This document shows, piece after piece, positions 13,510-27,100 of a stretch of DNA of 64,000 nucleotides (position 1 is the stretch's first letter; each line of letters opens with the position of its first letter). The DNA lies in assembly GCA_951406725.2 (NCBI GenBank), contig OX597820.1, forward strand, positions 72,602,001 to 72,666,000, given 5' to 3'. Below the pieces are notes generated by a model. It saw nothing but the letters and a program-made list of their open reading frames with translations, was not told the DNA's origin and did not search any database. The translations under genes were made by a program, and so were the position numbers. This DNA comes from Octopus vulgaris (taxonomy: Eukaryota).

Positions 13510-13858
13510 CAGAGATGTACTTGCATAGCAAGTGACCTGATCTGAGATCGTGTGCCAAAACAAAAACAATTGCAGTGTGGAAGGTGTTTATAAGCCATTT
13601 AAAAACACATAAAAACTATTAAATTCACTTCAACATTTAAATTTAATTTGCCAAAATATTTTCATTGCTTTGAGACCATGATCTATTCACTAACAAAATT
13701 CAGCACTGACAAGATGAAGCACAGAATTTTGTCAGTGAACAGGTTGCAGTCTCAAAGCGGCAAAAATCTTTTGACAAATTAAATTCAAATGTTGAAGTGA
13801 ATCTAACAGTTTTTGTGTGTTTTCAAATGGCTTATAAACACCTTCCATGCTGCAATTG
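13510..13858. mobile_element. Fold-back retroelement (Penelope-like derivative) with 14-bp TSD and two outward-facing hammerhead-like motifs
   Basis: Arms ~13564-13701 and ~13724-13861. TSD TTTCTAAAATATTA at 13496-13509 and 13859-13872. HHR-like folds at 13648-13696(-) and 13729-13777(+). Confidence 0.8.
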
Positions 13859-13879
13859 TTTCTAAAATATTAGTTAGTA

Positions 13880-14470
13880 AGAAAAATAACAGAACCTGAT
13901 GCCAATGAGAAGATGACTCTGCTCAATATGCAGAAAAGGAGCAAGTGAGAATTCTATACAGTACACCCAATGTAAACTATGGACACGCAAGCAGTGTAGT
14001 GGGATCATTGACTGGATTTTAGGGAACAAAAATTTTATGCAAGCCACATGCACAAAATGAGTCAGCAGGAAAAGTATGAGCGAAATATATTCTTTTAAAT
14101 GCTAGATAGGTAACCTGGGAGTTGATAGCTTCTGTTTTCTAGGTGACTAAAAAAGGGTTTCCTGAAAGTATAGTTGCCAGTATAAAAAAAGAGGGTAGAA
14201 AAGTTCAGAGATTTCCTACTGCTGCTGGCATGAAAAAACTTCTTTTATAGAGTGAAGGGTAAATTTTATGCTGCTTGTTTTCAAAGTATGATGCTACATG
14301 ATAGCAAGTTGCAGGTATTTAATGTAGAAAATTTAATAAGATTGGAAAGAAGCTGAATAAATATGCTCTCTTGGATGTGAAATATTAGTATGTATAAATG
14401 ATGGAGCACAAATAAGCTGAGAGGAAAACTGATTATTAGAGTTATTAGATATACTGTGCAAGGTAGGAGA
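13880..14470 (+). pseudogene. RTE-clade LINE reverse transcriptase remnant
   Basis: Degenerate VDSFCFLGD ... KFRDFLLLL ... YRVKGKFYAACFQSMMLH.S motifs typical of the RTE ORF C-terminal half. Confidence 0.65.
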
Positions 14471-15379
14471 CTATACTGTGATGGAGTGCCTTCAGTACTC
14501 CCTCAGCAATATTGTTTCTATTCAATCTCCTTACCAACAAACCTCATGTAGCTACCTATCACACATATACTTTCTCTCTCTCTCTCTCTCTCAATCTTTC
14601 TTTCATTGCACTCACTTTTATTGCCTTCCCACTGTGAGTCTCTTTCATCTCCCTCCCTTCTTCCCACTGTTAAAGAGACAACCATCTTGTGATGAATGAA
14701 CAGAGACAACATGGTATTGTGAGATTTCTTTAGTCGTATCAGGAACACAGCAAGTACTTAAATGATAGTGCTTTGGTAAAATGCATCTGCTACTTTCGGT
14801 AAAGCGGTTAGCAAATAATCACAGAAAAGCAGAGTCAAAAGGATCCTTTCATCTACCTGACAACCTCTCTGGAGTTAGAAAATTACTATTTCTAAATCTC
14901 ACAATGTGAGATATTCAGCAACAGTACTTTGTAATAAAGATTGTTTGCCAACATAACATGGCAGTCCTGGTTTAGGATTAATGCTACTGTAATTTAGCCC
15001 CCAGGAGACATCGTCTCCAGCTGGCTATATGACACGATCTGTGTCCTTATGTTTTTGAACAAGGGAATCTAGCACCCCAACTCAGCTCAAAACAATATCT
15101 GTGTATCACGATTCCTGGGTTATTTCCCTTCATCAGAATAGAATAATTGCTCAGCTAGAGGCGGCACTGCCAAATTCCCATTTGAAATATATAGTTTTCA
15201 AAGTGAAAACTAGTCACTGATTTATAAATTAGAAAATTACTATTTCTAAATAGCTGGAGTTGGTGTCAGAAAAAAAAAATGCACTAAGCACAATCTGTAA
15301 AATGACTGGTGAATGAATGGAGATCATGCAGTGTAGAGAAAACTCTTAACAGAAAAGACTCAATGAAGTTCTCCTTTTG

Positions 15380-15700
15380 GCTCATTGTTGGAATATGTCA
15401 TTGTGGTGTCTTTTCTATAAGTATTTCCATGCTTGTTGTTCTGATGGACTTTTTAGTCAAGTACCCTCTGTCGAAACTTTTAAACATGTCACGCTTTTCT
15501 TCCCTGGTGCATCATTTCTCTACTGAGCTTGATGTTAGTCACAATTCTTTTTATTCTAACACCTTCTTTCCTTGTACTGCTGCCGTCTGGAACTCATTTA
15601 CCAATATGTTTTCCTCTGGATTATGATATTCATTCCTTTAAGATTTCTGTTTATCAACTTCTTTTGAATTTGTAGGCCCCTTTTTTTCTCCCTTATTGTA
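15380..15700 (+). pseudogene. CR1/L2-group LINE 3' end remnant
   Basis: NSFYSNTFFPCTAAVWNSFTNMF resembles the conserved C-terminal 'SFFPRT..LWNSLP..VF' motif. Confidence 0.65.
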
Positions 15701-16183
15701 GTCCTTTATGCAACAGTAGCTTTGAGCCTTGTTGGCACAAAACCGTTCATACCAAAATAGAAAAAATAATGTTGCCATGAACACGACAACTCTCCTACTA
15801 CTGGATTCTTGTAAAATGATTAGCAACAGGAAAGACATCCGACTACAGGACCCAAACCAACAACAAAAGGTAGAATGTACAGGTGAGATTTAATCCCTAA
15901 TCCAGTTAGGAGAGTAGAAACACTGAATGGGAATTGACTCTATCCATGATAACTTATTAATCCACAACACACTGTATGAAACAGAGAACATAAAATGATA
16001 AAGATGATGAGGGTATATATATGTGTGTGTGTGTGCATGCTTGCGTGTTTGTATATATACATGCACACTCTCACACATATATCTTCTCAATTACACACAT
16101 AAAAAACAACTCATTTTTAATTATATATACATCTATCTATTTATCTATCCATCTATATATCTATCGATCTATTTATCTTTCTT

Positions 16184-16259
<76 letters not shown>

Positions 16260-17726
16260 TATATTTACATGCATATATATATATATGTATATCTATATAC
16301 ATATATATATATAATTATATATGTATGAATCTGTATATATATATATATATATATGTGTATATATATATATATGTATTCATTAAGAAAAACAGAGAAAAGG
16401 AGAGAAAGGAAAGAGAGAGAGAGAAAGAGAGAATGTAGCTGAGAAAGTTTGCTAAATGGAATGTTTTAGATTCTGTGTAAAAAGTTATTTTATTTCTAAA
16501 GTTTATTGAAGACAACAACTAAATCAATTATTTGTCTGTCTCCTTTCTGTTGGCTGTTATCTTTCACTGAGTCAATAATTTCGTTTCAACTTCACAAATC
16601 AACAAACTTTAATCTTATTTCAAACCCAGTTTCTTTAATTTACTTAAATTCCACCCAACCAAAACTAGATTAAATTGATTACAGGGGACTAAAAATAATA
16701 GCAAAAACAGAGAAAAAACAAAAGAGATGACAACGATTATAGTTTGAATTTAATAATTGTTATAAATATATTCTGTACTATATTGTAATAAACAAAAGCA
16801 GCTGAGAGAAAAATAATACAAAGATATATATATATACATGCACACACGTAAGCTATTTTTTGACCAAATGTTTTAAATCCCCCTGAGTTTTATATTTGCT
16901 GAATTTTGTAACAGAAATAATTTCTCTCTAACAGAGAATAATGATAAACCAAAATCTCATTTAATAAACTAAACCTGCCTAAAGAATTTTATTTTCCATT
17001 GCTGCTGTTGTTGTTGCTGCTATTATGCTTATTTTTTTTTTTTTTGTTTTAGGTACATGTCGAATTAGTTCTCTTCCTTCATCTACCACCACCACCACCA
17101 CCAACACCACCACCACCACCACCACTACCACCACTACTACTATTACTACACTTCAATCTTTTCCCCTCTTCTTTTTCTTGTGATTGTTGTCGTTCTTTTT
17201 CTTCCCCTTTTTCCTATTCTTCTTCTTCCCCTTCTTTTTTTTCTTCTTCTTTTTCCCCTTCTTTTTCTTCTTGTCCTTCTCGGCTTCCTCCTTCCCCTCC
17301 ATTGTCATCCGCAACTTTTCCTCCTCCTCCCCCTCTACCTCTTCCCCTATCAATTCTTTATCATCATTTCTACTTCCCTTCTCCTCTTACTCCCCCTCCT
17401 CCTCCTCCTCCCTTATTCCCTCCTGTTTTCTTCGCAAAATCTCATCACAACTGCATGATCTGAAAGCAAGAAGCTAGTTGATCAAAGAATGCCCAGACCT
17501 TCAATGACGTGCACACACACAAACATACACACACTCATTCATACACATGCATCACACACACATACCTACTACTCACACAAACACACACACACACACACAC
17601 ACACAGATGCACAGACCTCGCGTTTACTCACTCACTATTGAGGTAGGAGACCATTAATGCTGTGTGTGTGTGTGTGTGTAGAGGGAGAGAGTAAGAGACA
17701 GAATTATGGAATTTCAGTCATTTAAA

Positions 17727-17759
<33 letters not shown>

Positions 17760-17932
17760 AATATGTGTGTGTGTGCATGCTGCTATTTCTACATAGTATC
17801 AATATTGAAAAATATATAATGATGTTACATACAGCTTTATGCACTGCAACGGAAAACCGTTTTTGATGATATAAGCTGTCAATGTTGCTTTCATATGTTG
17901 TTACTACTTTTACATATATACATATATAAAAA

Positions 17933-17969
<37 letters not shown>

Positions 17970-18011
17970 GTTGTGGATGTACAAGTCTCCATACTCTTTA
18001 TTATCAATAAC

Positions 18012-18055
<44 letters not shown>

Positions 18056-18069
18056 CATACACACACACA

Positions 18070-18116
<47 letters not shown>

Positions 18117-18911
18117 CAAACATAAAGATGAGTTCATGCATATAAATGATGGAGAAAATGGTGATGATGTACATGGATATTGAAACATATTCACAACATG
18201 TACTCACATATTTCTATGTACACATGTATATATGTATATATACACGTCTATATATATATATAAATTTATAATCAAGAGTACAAGTACCAGTGTTGCTAGA
18301 AATAAAAGTCAAAAGTAGTCAAATAAGCCACAATATCACTGTAAATTAATAATTTATAAATTGATAAATTTACCTTTTTTGATTTTTATGCTTACTAGCC
18401 ACTTATATCATCATTATTATTTTTATCTTTATTTATGTATATATACAAGCACATACACACACATAAACATATATACACACACATATATATATGCAGCCTT
18501 TACTCTTTTACTTGTGCTTTAGTTATGCAAATTGACCCCAGGACTTATTCTTTGTAAGCCTAGTACTTATTCTATTGGTTTCTTTTTGCCGAACTGCTAA
18601 GTTACGGGGACGTAAACACACCAGCATCAGTTGTCAAGCCATAGTAAATTTGTCTGGTGTGGTAGTTGTGGTTATCTCACTTTACAAACACAGTACTCAA
18701 AACATACACATATATATACGATGGGCTTCTTTCAGTTTCCATCTACCAAATCCACTCACAAGTCTTTGGTCAGCCCGAGGCTATAGTAGAAGACACTTGC
18801 CCAAGGTGCCACGCTGTGGGACTGAACCTGGAACCATGTGGTTGGTAAGCAAGCTTCTTACCACACAGCCACTCCTATATATGTATGTATATATATATAT
18901 ACACATATACA

Positions 18912-19459
18912 TCTCTCTATATATAAACGGCAGTTTGTCTGTCTGTGTGTCTGTGTGTCTGTCAGGTTGTACCCTCACCCTGACCACGGCTTTCAACCGA
19001 TTCTGATGAAACTTGACACACACATAGCCCAATGTCATAATTCAAAACTAACGCAGCGAAAATTTTGAAAAGTTCCCCCAGTTTTGAAAATAATCGATAA
19101 ATTCGACATGGGGTCGAGAATCTCAGTTTTTTATATGCAACACATTTTCTGTTGTAGTTTTCGCAACTTGCAATCGATTTTCACCAAACTCATGGTGAAG
19201 CTTAATGTTACCCTAAGAAACTTAAATCTGACGTTAGTTTTCCATGCAATACCTTACCATCAGAAAAAATCGATAAAATCATGCCATTTTGGGAAATCGC
19301 GTTTTCGCCCAAAGGGACAGCTAGGAAAATCGTATACACAGAAGACATTGAAACCTATACATTCACCTTCGTTCCCTAGAAGGAAAGGACTAGATTGGGA
19401 TTAGTCGTTGCCTACTAGGGGCTCTTACATACCCGGGCAACGCCGGGTTATGCTGCTAG
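18912..19459 (+). mobile_element. Non-autonomous Helitron, apparently full length
   Basis: 5' TC(TCTCTATATATAAA), internal (GTCT)n, 3' hairpin CCCGGGCAACGCCGGG then CTAG. Inserted between A and T inside a TA-rich tract. Confidence 0.85.
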
Positions 19460-21154
19460 TATAAAATATAATTATATATACATACATATATGTATGTACA
19501 CATATACATACATCGTCATCATCATCTCTTATGCATCTCCTTTTCCTTGCTTGTATAGGATGCATTGGTTTTCTCTACCATAGCACCTATTTGCTTATTA
19601 CAGCCCTCGCTTATCTCTTTCGTGAGTCACAGTTTCTTGAGCTCAACTTTCTCTACTTCTTCCCCTGCATTCCTCAGTTTTTACTATTCTGAAAGATCCT
19701 TCATATTTTCTTACCCAACAGTCGCCATCTTCTTCTGTAAACATCACATGTTGGTCCCAGGGGAAGTTGTCTCTTTTTGCAAGCTACATTTGATTTTGCT
19801 TATATCCATTCTGATTCTCACTTCACTTTTCCTCTTTCATTAATCTTTTGTCTTTTATCTTTAAGTTTTACTTATTTCACTCATTGGGCTGTGCTCATAG
19901 TGAGTCAATCCCTCAAAGAGTTTCGGTCAAAGAACTTTCTCCCAGTATTATTTTTTAGTCTGGTATTTTATTCTCTTCATCTCCTTTTTCCAACTTAACT
20001 CAGAAGGCATTGGTTGGTGGGAGGCTTTAATAGAAGGAACTTGTCCAAAGTACCATGCTGTGGAACTGAACCTGAAACCACAAGGCTGCAGGGTGTAATT
20101 CTTAACCACACAGTCCACATATGTCTGACACTGAGCCCACTGCATCTCTTATGCACCCAGTTTGCAGTTTCCTACCTATTACTTTTCTATCTATCAACCC
20201 ATTAGCATTGATACTGGTCATATCCAGCCCCCAAATTCTTCCTGTTCTATGTTCAAACAAGACGGATCCAGCCTCTCACACCTATCCAATAATGTTGATC
20301 TAAACATAAATGGTTATATCACTGAAGTTTGAAAGCTACACAATAATGCATGATTAATTCCAAACAAGGTGAATAAATAGTCATTACATTTGACAGAATA
20401 ATTTGAATGCTAAAGGGTTAAAAATGGTGATTTTCCTGATGGCAGTAGAGTTATGGTCTCATTCCGGCCAAATAAAACTGTTGTCTTTGCTAGACTTCTT
20501 AAATCAAAGCTTTGCCAATGGTGTAGCAAGACTTCTCAGTTCTTAGATCTTTCATGAGCCCAAGCACTTATAAAACCTGAAACTTAACTCAGTTTTCAAG
20601 GTGTTTAACTGATTGAGATCACAGTACTCCCTCTGAATGGGATGCCAGTTCATCACAGAGTTAACTTCCCAGCTACTGTTGGAACTCATTTTCAGCTGAA
20701 CGAACTGGAGCAACAGGAAATAGTGTTTTGCTGAAGAGCACAATATGCCATCCACCCTAGGTATTGAAATTTCTTTTGAAATCATCATGATCACCCTATC
20801 CAAAAAAGCCATGTGCCTTCATGAGGATTCTCAGAACCTAGGGCTAAAAAGAACTTTGGTGTCCTCCATCTTAATTAACAGGCATTAAAATGAAGAGGAC
20901 ATTTTGCCACCCTTCATGTCTGCCTCTTGTAAACCTCTTGCAACACCTTGAGGCTGTGTGTTTGTACAGTCCGGAATTCTTCAGGTTCTGTCTTGCACTG
21001 ATAAGCCTCTTTTATGTAAGACAGAACAATGCTTTGATTGAAGTAACATCTCAGACACATCAGCAAAACAACTGGACCCTGTGCAAAGTACGATAAATGC
21101 TATGACAGAATATATCTATGTATAAATATGTGTGCAAATGCGTGTGTATGTGTA

Positions 21155-21192
<38 letters not shown>

Positions 21193-21679
21193 ATATCACA
21201 TGTACATAAAATATAAAATTGATTATCATGTCTACTCAGTTTTATTGGTGATTTGGTATACTTAAATCTTAAATGTACTTTTATTTTTTTCTTTAAGATA
21301 ATATATTTTACATATAATGTTTTCCATCATCATCATCATTATTTTATTTTATTTTATTTTATTTCATCTTTTGTTTCTTATCTTGGTTAAGTATATTTTC
21401 ACAGTGATGTATTTTTGATTTACAGAATTGAAACCATCAAATGTCAGTCTGGAAAGTTATTGACAGCAAACTCTTAGCATCAGCTAGTGACATCGACTGA
21501 AATTATATTTCCATATACCAGAAGCCTTAACATATTGAACCAAACAGACAGCTTGTCAAACCAACAAGATTGCCACATCAGCTAGAAATAGCAGTCAAAT
21601 ATTTTCAAATCAAACCCTACCTATTAAAAAAAGGACAAGCGCATGCAAAGTGGGTGGGAAAAGTGCTTCAAGGATACAC

Positions 21680-21970
21680 TCAAAGCCTCATTGTAGAACT
21701 TAGAGATCAATTTCAATGCTTGTGATATGCAAGTGCAAGACTGCCCTGCCTGGTGAAGCGGCACCAACAGAGGTGCCAACTCCTACAAACTGAACAGGAT
21801 TTCAAGGGCCAAAGGAAACATGGACTGTGCCACTCCAGAGCCAACCTAATTGCTTTCAGTCCCAGCTGACCACCAGTACCCAAGCTGTGGCAGAGCCTTT
21901 TGAGCACACACCAGGCTGATTGGCCACAGTTGGACACACTATGACACATCTTCTCTCATGAGATGTCCTT
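21680..21970 (+). pseudogene. RTE-like LINE 3' remnant
   Basis: Degenerate 'QDCPAW' and C-terminal C..C...F....GL..H zinc-knuckle-like remnants. Heavily decayed. Confidence 0.4.
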
Positions 21971-23026
21971 GATCATTGTCCACAACTAAAAACTAATCAG
22001 CATCATCATCAAATCCTGTACTCACGGGGCTGGTTACCTGGTTTCCATTACACATAAATGGTTGAGAACACAATGTTCTCCTTGAACACGACACCAGTCT
22101 GTCTGTGGGATGGGTGGTTTTCCCCAAAGTAAAAATGATGCTATGGCAAGATATAAGCACCTTTCATCAAAGAACTGCTCCCTTAAGGACGACACGATGC
22201 TAAACAATAACAAATGTTTTTATAACTAATAACCAGAGAAGCAGCATTGGTACAGAAAGGTCTTGTGTCAGATGATGGAAGGTTAGGGTGTATTTCTCGC
22301 AAACACTAACCTTTCATCATCTGCCAAAAGATCATCTCCTCCAACGTCCCCCTCTCCTCTCAAAAGAACTTTGTTTTGCAAGTTGCTTAGCAATGCTGTC
22401 AGTGTTGATGCCATGCAAAAAAGCATCCATTCCACTCTGTAAAGTGATTGTCATTTGGGGGAGCATCCAGCTGTAAAAACTATGCCAAAACTGACCTCAC
22501 CTGTGCTCGTACCACGTAAAAAGCACTCAGTCCACTCTGCTGGATGGTTGGTGTTAGAAAGGGCATCCAACCATAAAAACCATTCCAGAACAGACGCAGA
22601 GGTTTAGTGCAACTCCTACCTGGCCAGCGCCAGTCAAATCATCCAACCCATGCCATGATGTAAGGCTGGTGATCGTTACCCATGTTGCCTTACTGGCACT
22701 TGTGCCAGTGGAACATAAAAAACAACATTCGAGCAAGGTTGTTGCGAGTGCTGCTGGACTGGCTCCTGTGCAGGTGGCACATAAAAAACACCATTTGAGC
22801 ATGGCCGTTGCCAGTACCGCCTAACTGGCCCTCGTGTCAGTGGCACATAAAAGCACCAACTACACTCTCAGAGTGGTTGGCATTAGGAAGGGCATCCAGC
22901 TGTAGAAACTCTGCCGGATCAGACTGGAGCCTGGTGCAGCCATCTAGTTCACCAGTCCTCAGTCAAATCGTCCAACCCATGCTAGCATGGAAAGCGGATG
23001 TTAAATGATGATGATGATGATGATGA

Positions 23027-23431
23027 TGTAATCTTGATCTCCAACTTGAAATGGAGGTTGTGTTAGAACCCAGAATACTGCTTTATTTAGCATGAGAGGA
23101 TCTCTCATAAGGACTTGTGGAGTACAAAAGCCCTCATGATTATATCATTGACAGAGGAGAAGCATCTGCCATGGCTGCTGGAACTGCCCGTTATGGTGAT
23201 TTCCTCCAGCTAATGGTTCCTCAGTTAGATTTGGCTGTTACCGTGTTGCTGGATATCTGTCACTGAGGAACACATAGCGGGGTGAAATCACATGATCTGG
23301 TGACTGTCAATGATATAATGACAAATGGTTTTATGCACCACATGTCCTTATGAGAGAACCTTTCAAAGTAAATAATGCAGTATTCTATGTTCTACCACAA
23401 CTTCCATTTTAAGTTGAAGATCAAGATTACA
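23027..23431. repeat. Fold-back element with nested inverted arms and a candidate hammerhead
   Basis: Outer arms 23027-23143 / 23304-23431 (TGTAATCTTGATCT...AGATCAAGATTACA), inner arms 23197-23225 / 23262-23290. Plus strand at 23258-23304 reads GTCA-CTGAGGA-AC...GT-GAAA-TCA-CA-TGAT-C-TGGT. Confidence 0.75.
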
Positions 23432-23663
23432 CTTTTGTTTACATGTAGACTGCTACAGTACTGGCTCCAAGTCATAAGTTTGAATCTTACTGTAGCCACT
23501 GTGCTATGTCCACAAACAGATTAGTTTGCCATATGTGTTTGGAGACTCAGACAATAAAAACTTAAAACTGAAGTGCAAAACTTTTATCCAGAATTGCTCT
23601 AAAAATTTGACTAATCAACCATCCTTGAATACTGTACTGATACTTTATTTTATTGACCAAAAG

Positions 23664-24197
23664 CTGGGGTGGGGAAACCCCTGCCTGCAGGCACAATTGT
23701 GCCTGTGAGAACATTCTATTCCACCCACAGGCTGATATAATTGTATGTACAAAATATAATAAATTTTTCAATCATAAAATTTATACAATACTTGCATGCC
23801 TCTTTGCAACATAGGTTGTGTTTCCACTGCGACTTGAAACAGTTAGACTCAAACAGAAACTCATCCGGTAATTGCTATTTGAATGGAAATTTTGTTTTCA
23901 CTATAAAACACATATTGCTAGGTTTGTACCACTCCCTTGAGACCCAACTACACTCTAGCTGAGGAATATAGAATACCTCATAAGTAATATAAACGTCATA
24001 AATTCAGTGGTGGCATTAATGAAGATGTTATGCGTTAATTTAATGTGTTAAACTTATCTTTATTAATGTTTATCAAATTATACGTAGATATATATACAAG
24101 ATTTACGCAGATATAAGAGTTAGAACTTGTGGTCTGCTCGCAGACATTTTTCATTTGAAATTTTTGCCCACTGTACTAAAAAGTTTCCCCACGCCTG
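23664..24197. mobile_element. hAT-type MITE, copy 2, inserted in an old family A SINE
   Basis: CTGGGGTGGGGAAAC...GTTTCCCCACGCCTG. Degenerate 8-bp TSD ACCAAAAG/ACCTAAAA. SINE sequence resumes on both sides. Confidence 0.8.
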
Positions 24198-27100
24198 ACC
24201 TAAAAGATGACAACAAAGTTGACCTTGACAGGATTTGGTTTTGGAATGTAAAAAGCCAGAACACATTTAAGAAATTATACTCTTCTTCTGTTTTCATGAT
24301 TCCAACAGTTTGGAGAATTTTGTAAAATAACTGCCATTGTTGAGTTGGTGTTCAAATCACAAACTGATATAAAATGTTGATAGGTTTTAATTTTGATTAC
24401 TTTAAAGCAGGAATTTTGTATCAGGGATCTAGAGGCAGACTCAGGTGGGTTGGTATCAAAAAGGTTAAGGCAACGTGATAGTAACACACGCAAACACACA
24501 GACATATACATACATGCATGCATATATAAATGCATATATACATACCTATATACATACACACATGCATACATATATAAATGTACACACCACACAAACACAC
24601 ACACAATAGGCTTTTTTTCAGTTTTCGTCTTCCAGATCCATCTGCAAGATATTGGTCAGCACCAGTGTTATTGTAGAAAGCATTTGCTCAACATTACACA
24701 CAGGCAATAAGATGGAACAGCAAACTATATACACACACACGATAAAACATATATAAGACAACATCAATATGTATATAATTCTCAAAAAACTTGACTTAGA
24801 GAGGAGAGGTGGTACATACGCTATCTATCTGTGTGTGTGTGTGTGTGTGTGTGTGTATACATATATATATATATACATACATACATACATACACACACAC
24901 ATATATATATATATTGATATGTGTGAGTAGAAATGTTTGTACATGTGTGTATATTCTGCTCATAGAATGTTTTCCCTGAACCATTTTGCCTTCTATCATT
25001 GATTGAATTTGTTTAGTGATTTAAGTGGAAAATATTTATAAATAAAAGCAACTTTTCCTCAAATGAAATGATTTGCAATGACTTCTAATTTAAAACTATA
25101 CTATTACGAAATAGAATTTCCATTTAGGGAATAGCCATATTTCACCATGTTGTCTACCTTCTCTTGAAGAAATGCTTCAATGCATGGAAGAATATTAAGT
25201 TCCTAACTGATATTGGTCAACTTGCTCCTGTATATCATCTCGTAATTCTTGGATGTTACAGCAGGTATGAAATAAAATGGAGATTGTAAAATATGCTATC
25301 AAATACCAACATTAAATAATGGAATATATAAAGCATGTATTTGCCTCCCATGGTTTTATGTTCCAACAATATTTACTGTGACGGAAAATTGTTCCAGCTA
25401 AGACAGAAGAAAATGTTCATAACGGCAAAATTTGATGCAAGCCTTGCAAGACTTTCCGTACGTGTGTATTATATGTGTGCAGGGAGTGGTAAGAGGATAT
25501 GTTTGTGTGTGAGTACTTGTATGCATGAGTGGATCTGTGTACATGTGTGGGTGTTTGTGTGTATGTGGGGAGTGTGTTTGTGTGTGTGATGCTGCATGCA
25601 CATTATTACAGGTGTACCAAATAGACGTGAACACAAATCAATTTACCTTGACAAGTTTTATATGAAGATGATGACATGGTTCATATTGCAGAATCATTCC
25701 TGGAGCTACAGAAAACATTACAAACTCAGAAGAGAGGACAGCTAAGACGAAAGAAATAATATTGATTCCTGACATTGGAAAAATGGCTTGGAAATTTAAA
25801 TGAAGGATAGTAATAACAAAATCAACCCCAGTACATCACTGGGATGAAAGGCAATGCTGACCTCTGAAGGATTTGAACTCAGAGCAGAGGGAGATATAAC
25901 TAGATGCTACATGTTTTTTTTTTTTTTCTTTTTTGTAATTCAACTAATCCACCTACCATATTGATTTCTAACATTGAAATAAAGACACAATTTTGGGTGA
26001 GGGGGAAAAAAATGGTAGTCATTAACTCTTTTGTTACCATATTTCTGTTGAAAAATACTGCATCTGATGCCATTAATTTTGGAAATAATAAAGAATTTCG
26101 TAAAATAACTGTCATTATTAAACCGGTTTTTGGAACATAAATTAACATGAAACTTTGATGGAACATTTTAATTCAGATCAATTTAAAACAGAATGCTTGT
26201 ATCAGAGAACCAAGGATAGTCCCAGGTATCGAAAGGGTTAAAGCAACCAGATATTTGACTGGTTCTTTACTTTATTTGATTTTATTATTATTATTATCAT
26301 TATTATTATTATTTGGTGAGCTGGCTGAATCGTTAGTATGCTGGGCGAAATGCTTTGTGGTATTTTGTCTGTCACCACATTCTCAGTTCAAATTCCGCCA
26401 AGGTTGACTTTACCTTTCATCCTTTCAGGGCTGATAAATTAAGTACCAGTGATTAACTGGGGTTGATGCAATCGACTAGTCCCTTCCCAACAAAATTGAG
26501 GCATTGAGCCTCCAGTAGAAAGGATTATTATAATAATTATTATTTGGCAAGCTGGCACAATCGTTAGCATGCTGGATGAAATGTTTAGCGATATTTCATC
26601 CGTTGCTACGTTCTGAGTTCAAATTCTGCCAAGGTTGACTTTGCCTTTCATCCTTTCAAGAGTTGTTTAAATAAGTACACACTGGAGTTGATAGAATTGA
26701 CTTAATCCCTTTCCCCAAATTTGAGGCCTTGTGCTTCCAGTAGAAAAAAAATTATTTATTATTTATATTATTATTTATATTATTCTTACTATTATTATTG
26801 TTGTTGTTGTTATTTTATTTTATTTTACTGTGGTTATATGAAAGGCTAAGTTCAACTGTGGTAAGATTTATATCCAAAATATGAATAAACTGAAAATGCT
26901 ACTAAATGCTGTAAACACATTTGTCAGCCCAAGGTTATACAAAGTAATGAGCAATAGGACTGAACCTGAAACCCTGTGGCTAGCAAAGCAATCTCCATAA
27001 CTACACAACCAGGCCTGCACGTATAAAGAAATTCTTTTGGTCCTTGGCACATCATTTGTCATGGGGATATGAACAAATCATCCCCAGTTGTCAAGTGAGG

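Noticed and set aside
25129-25264. Putative exon (TTAG|GG...CAG|GTATGA) with one open frame
   Set aside because: The translation is not recognisable and cannot be linked to neighbouring exons without expression data.
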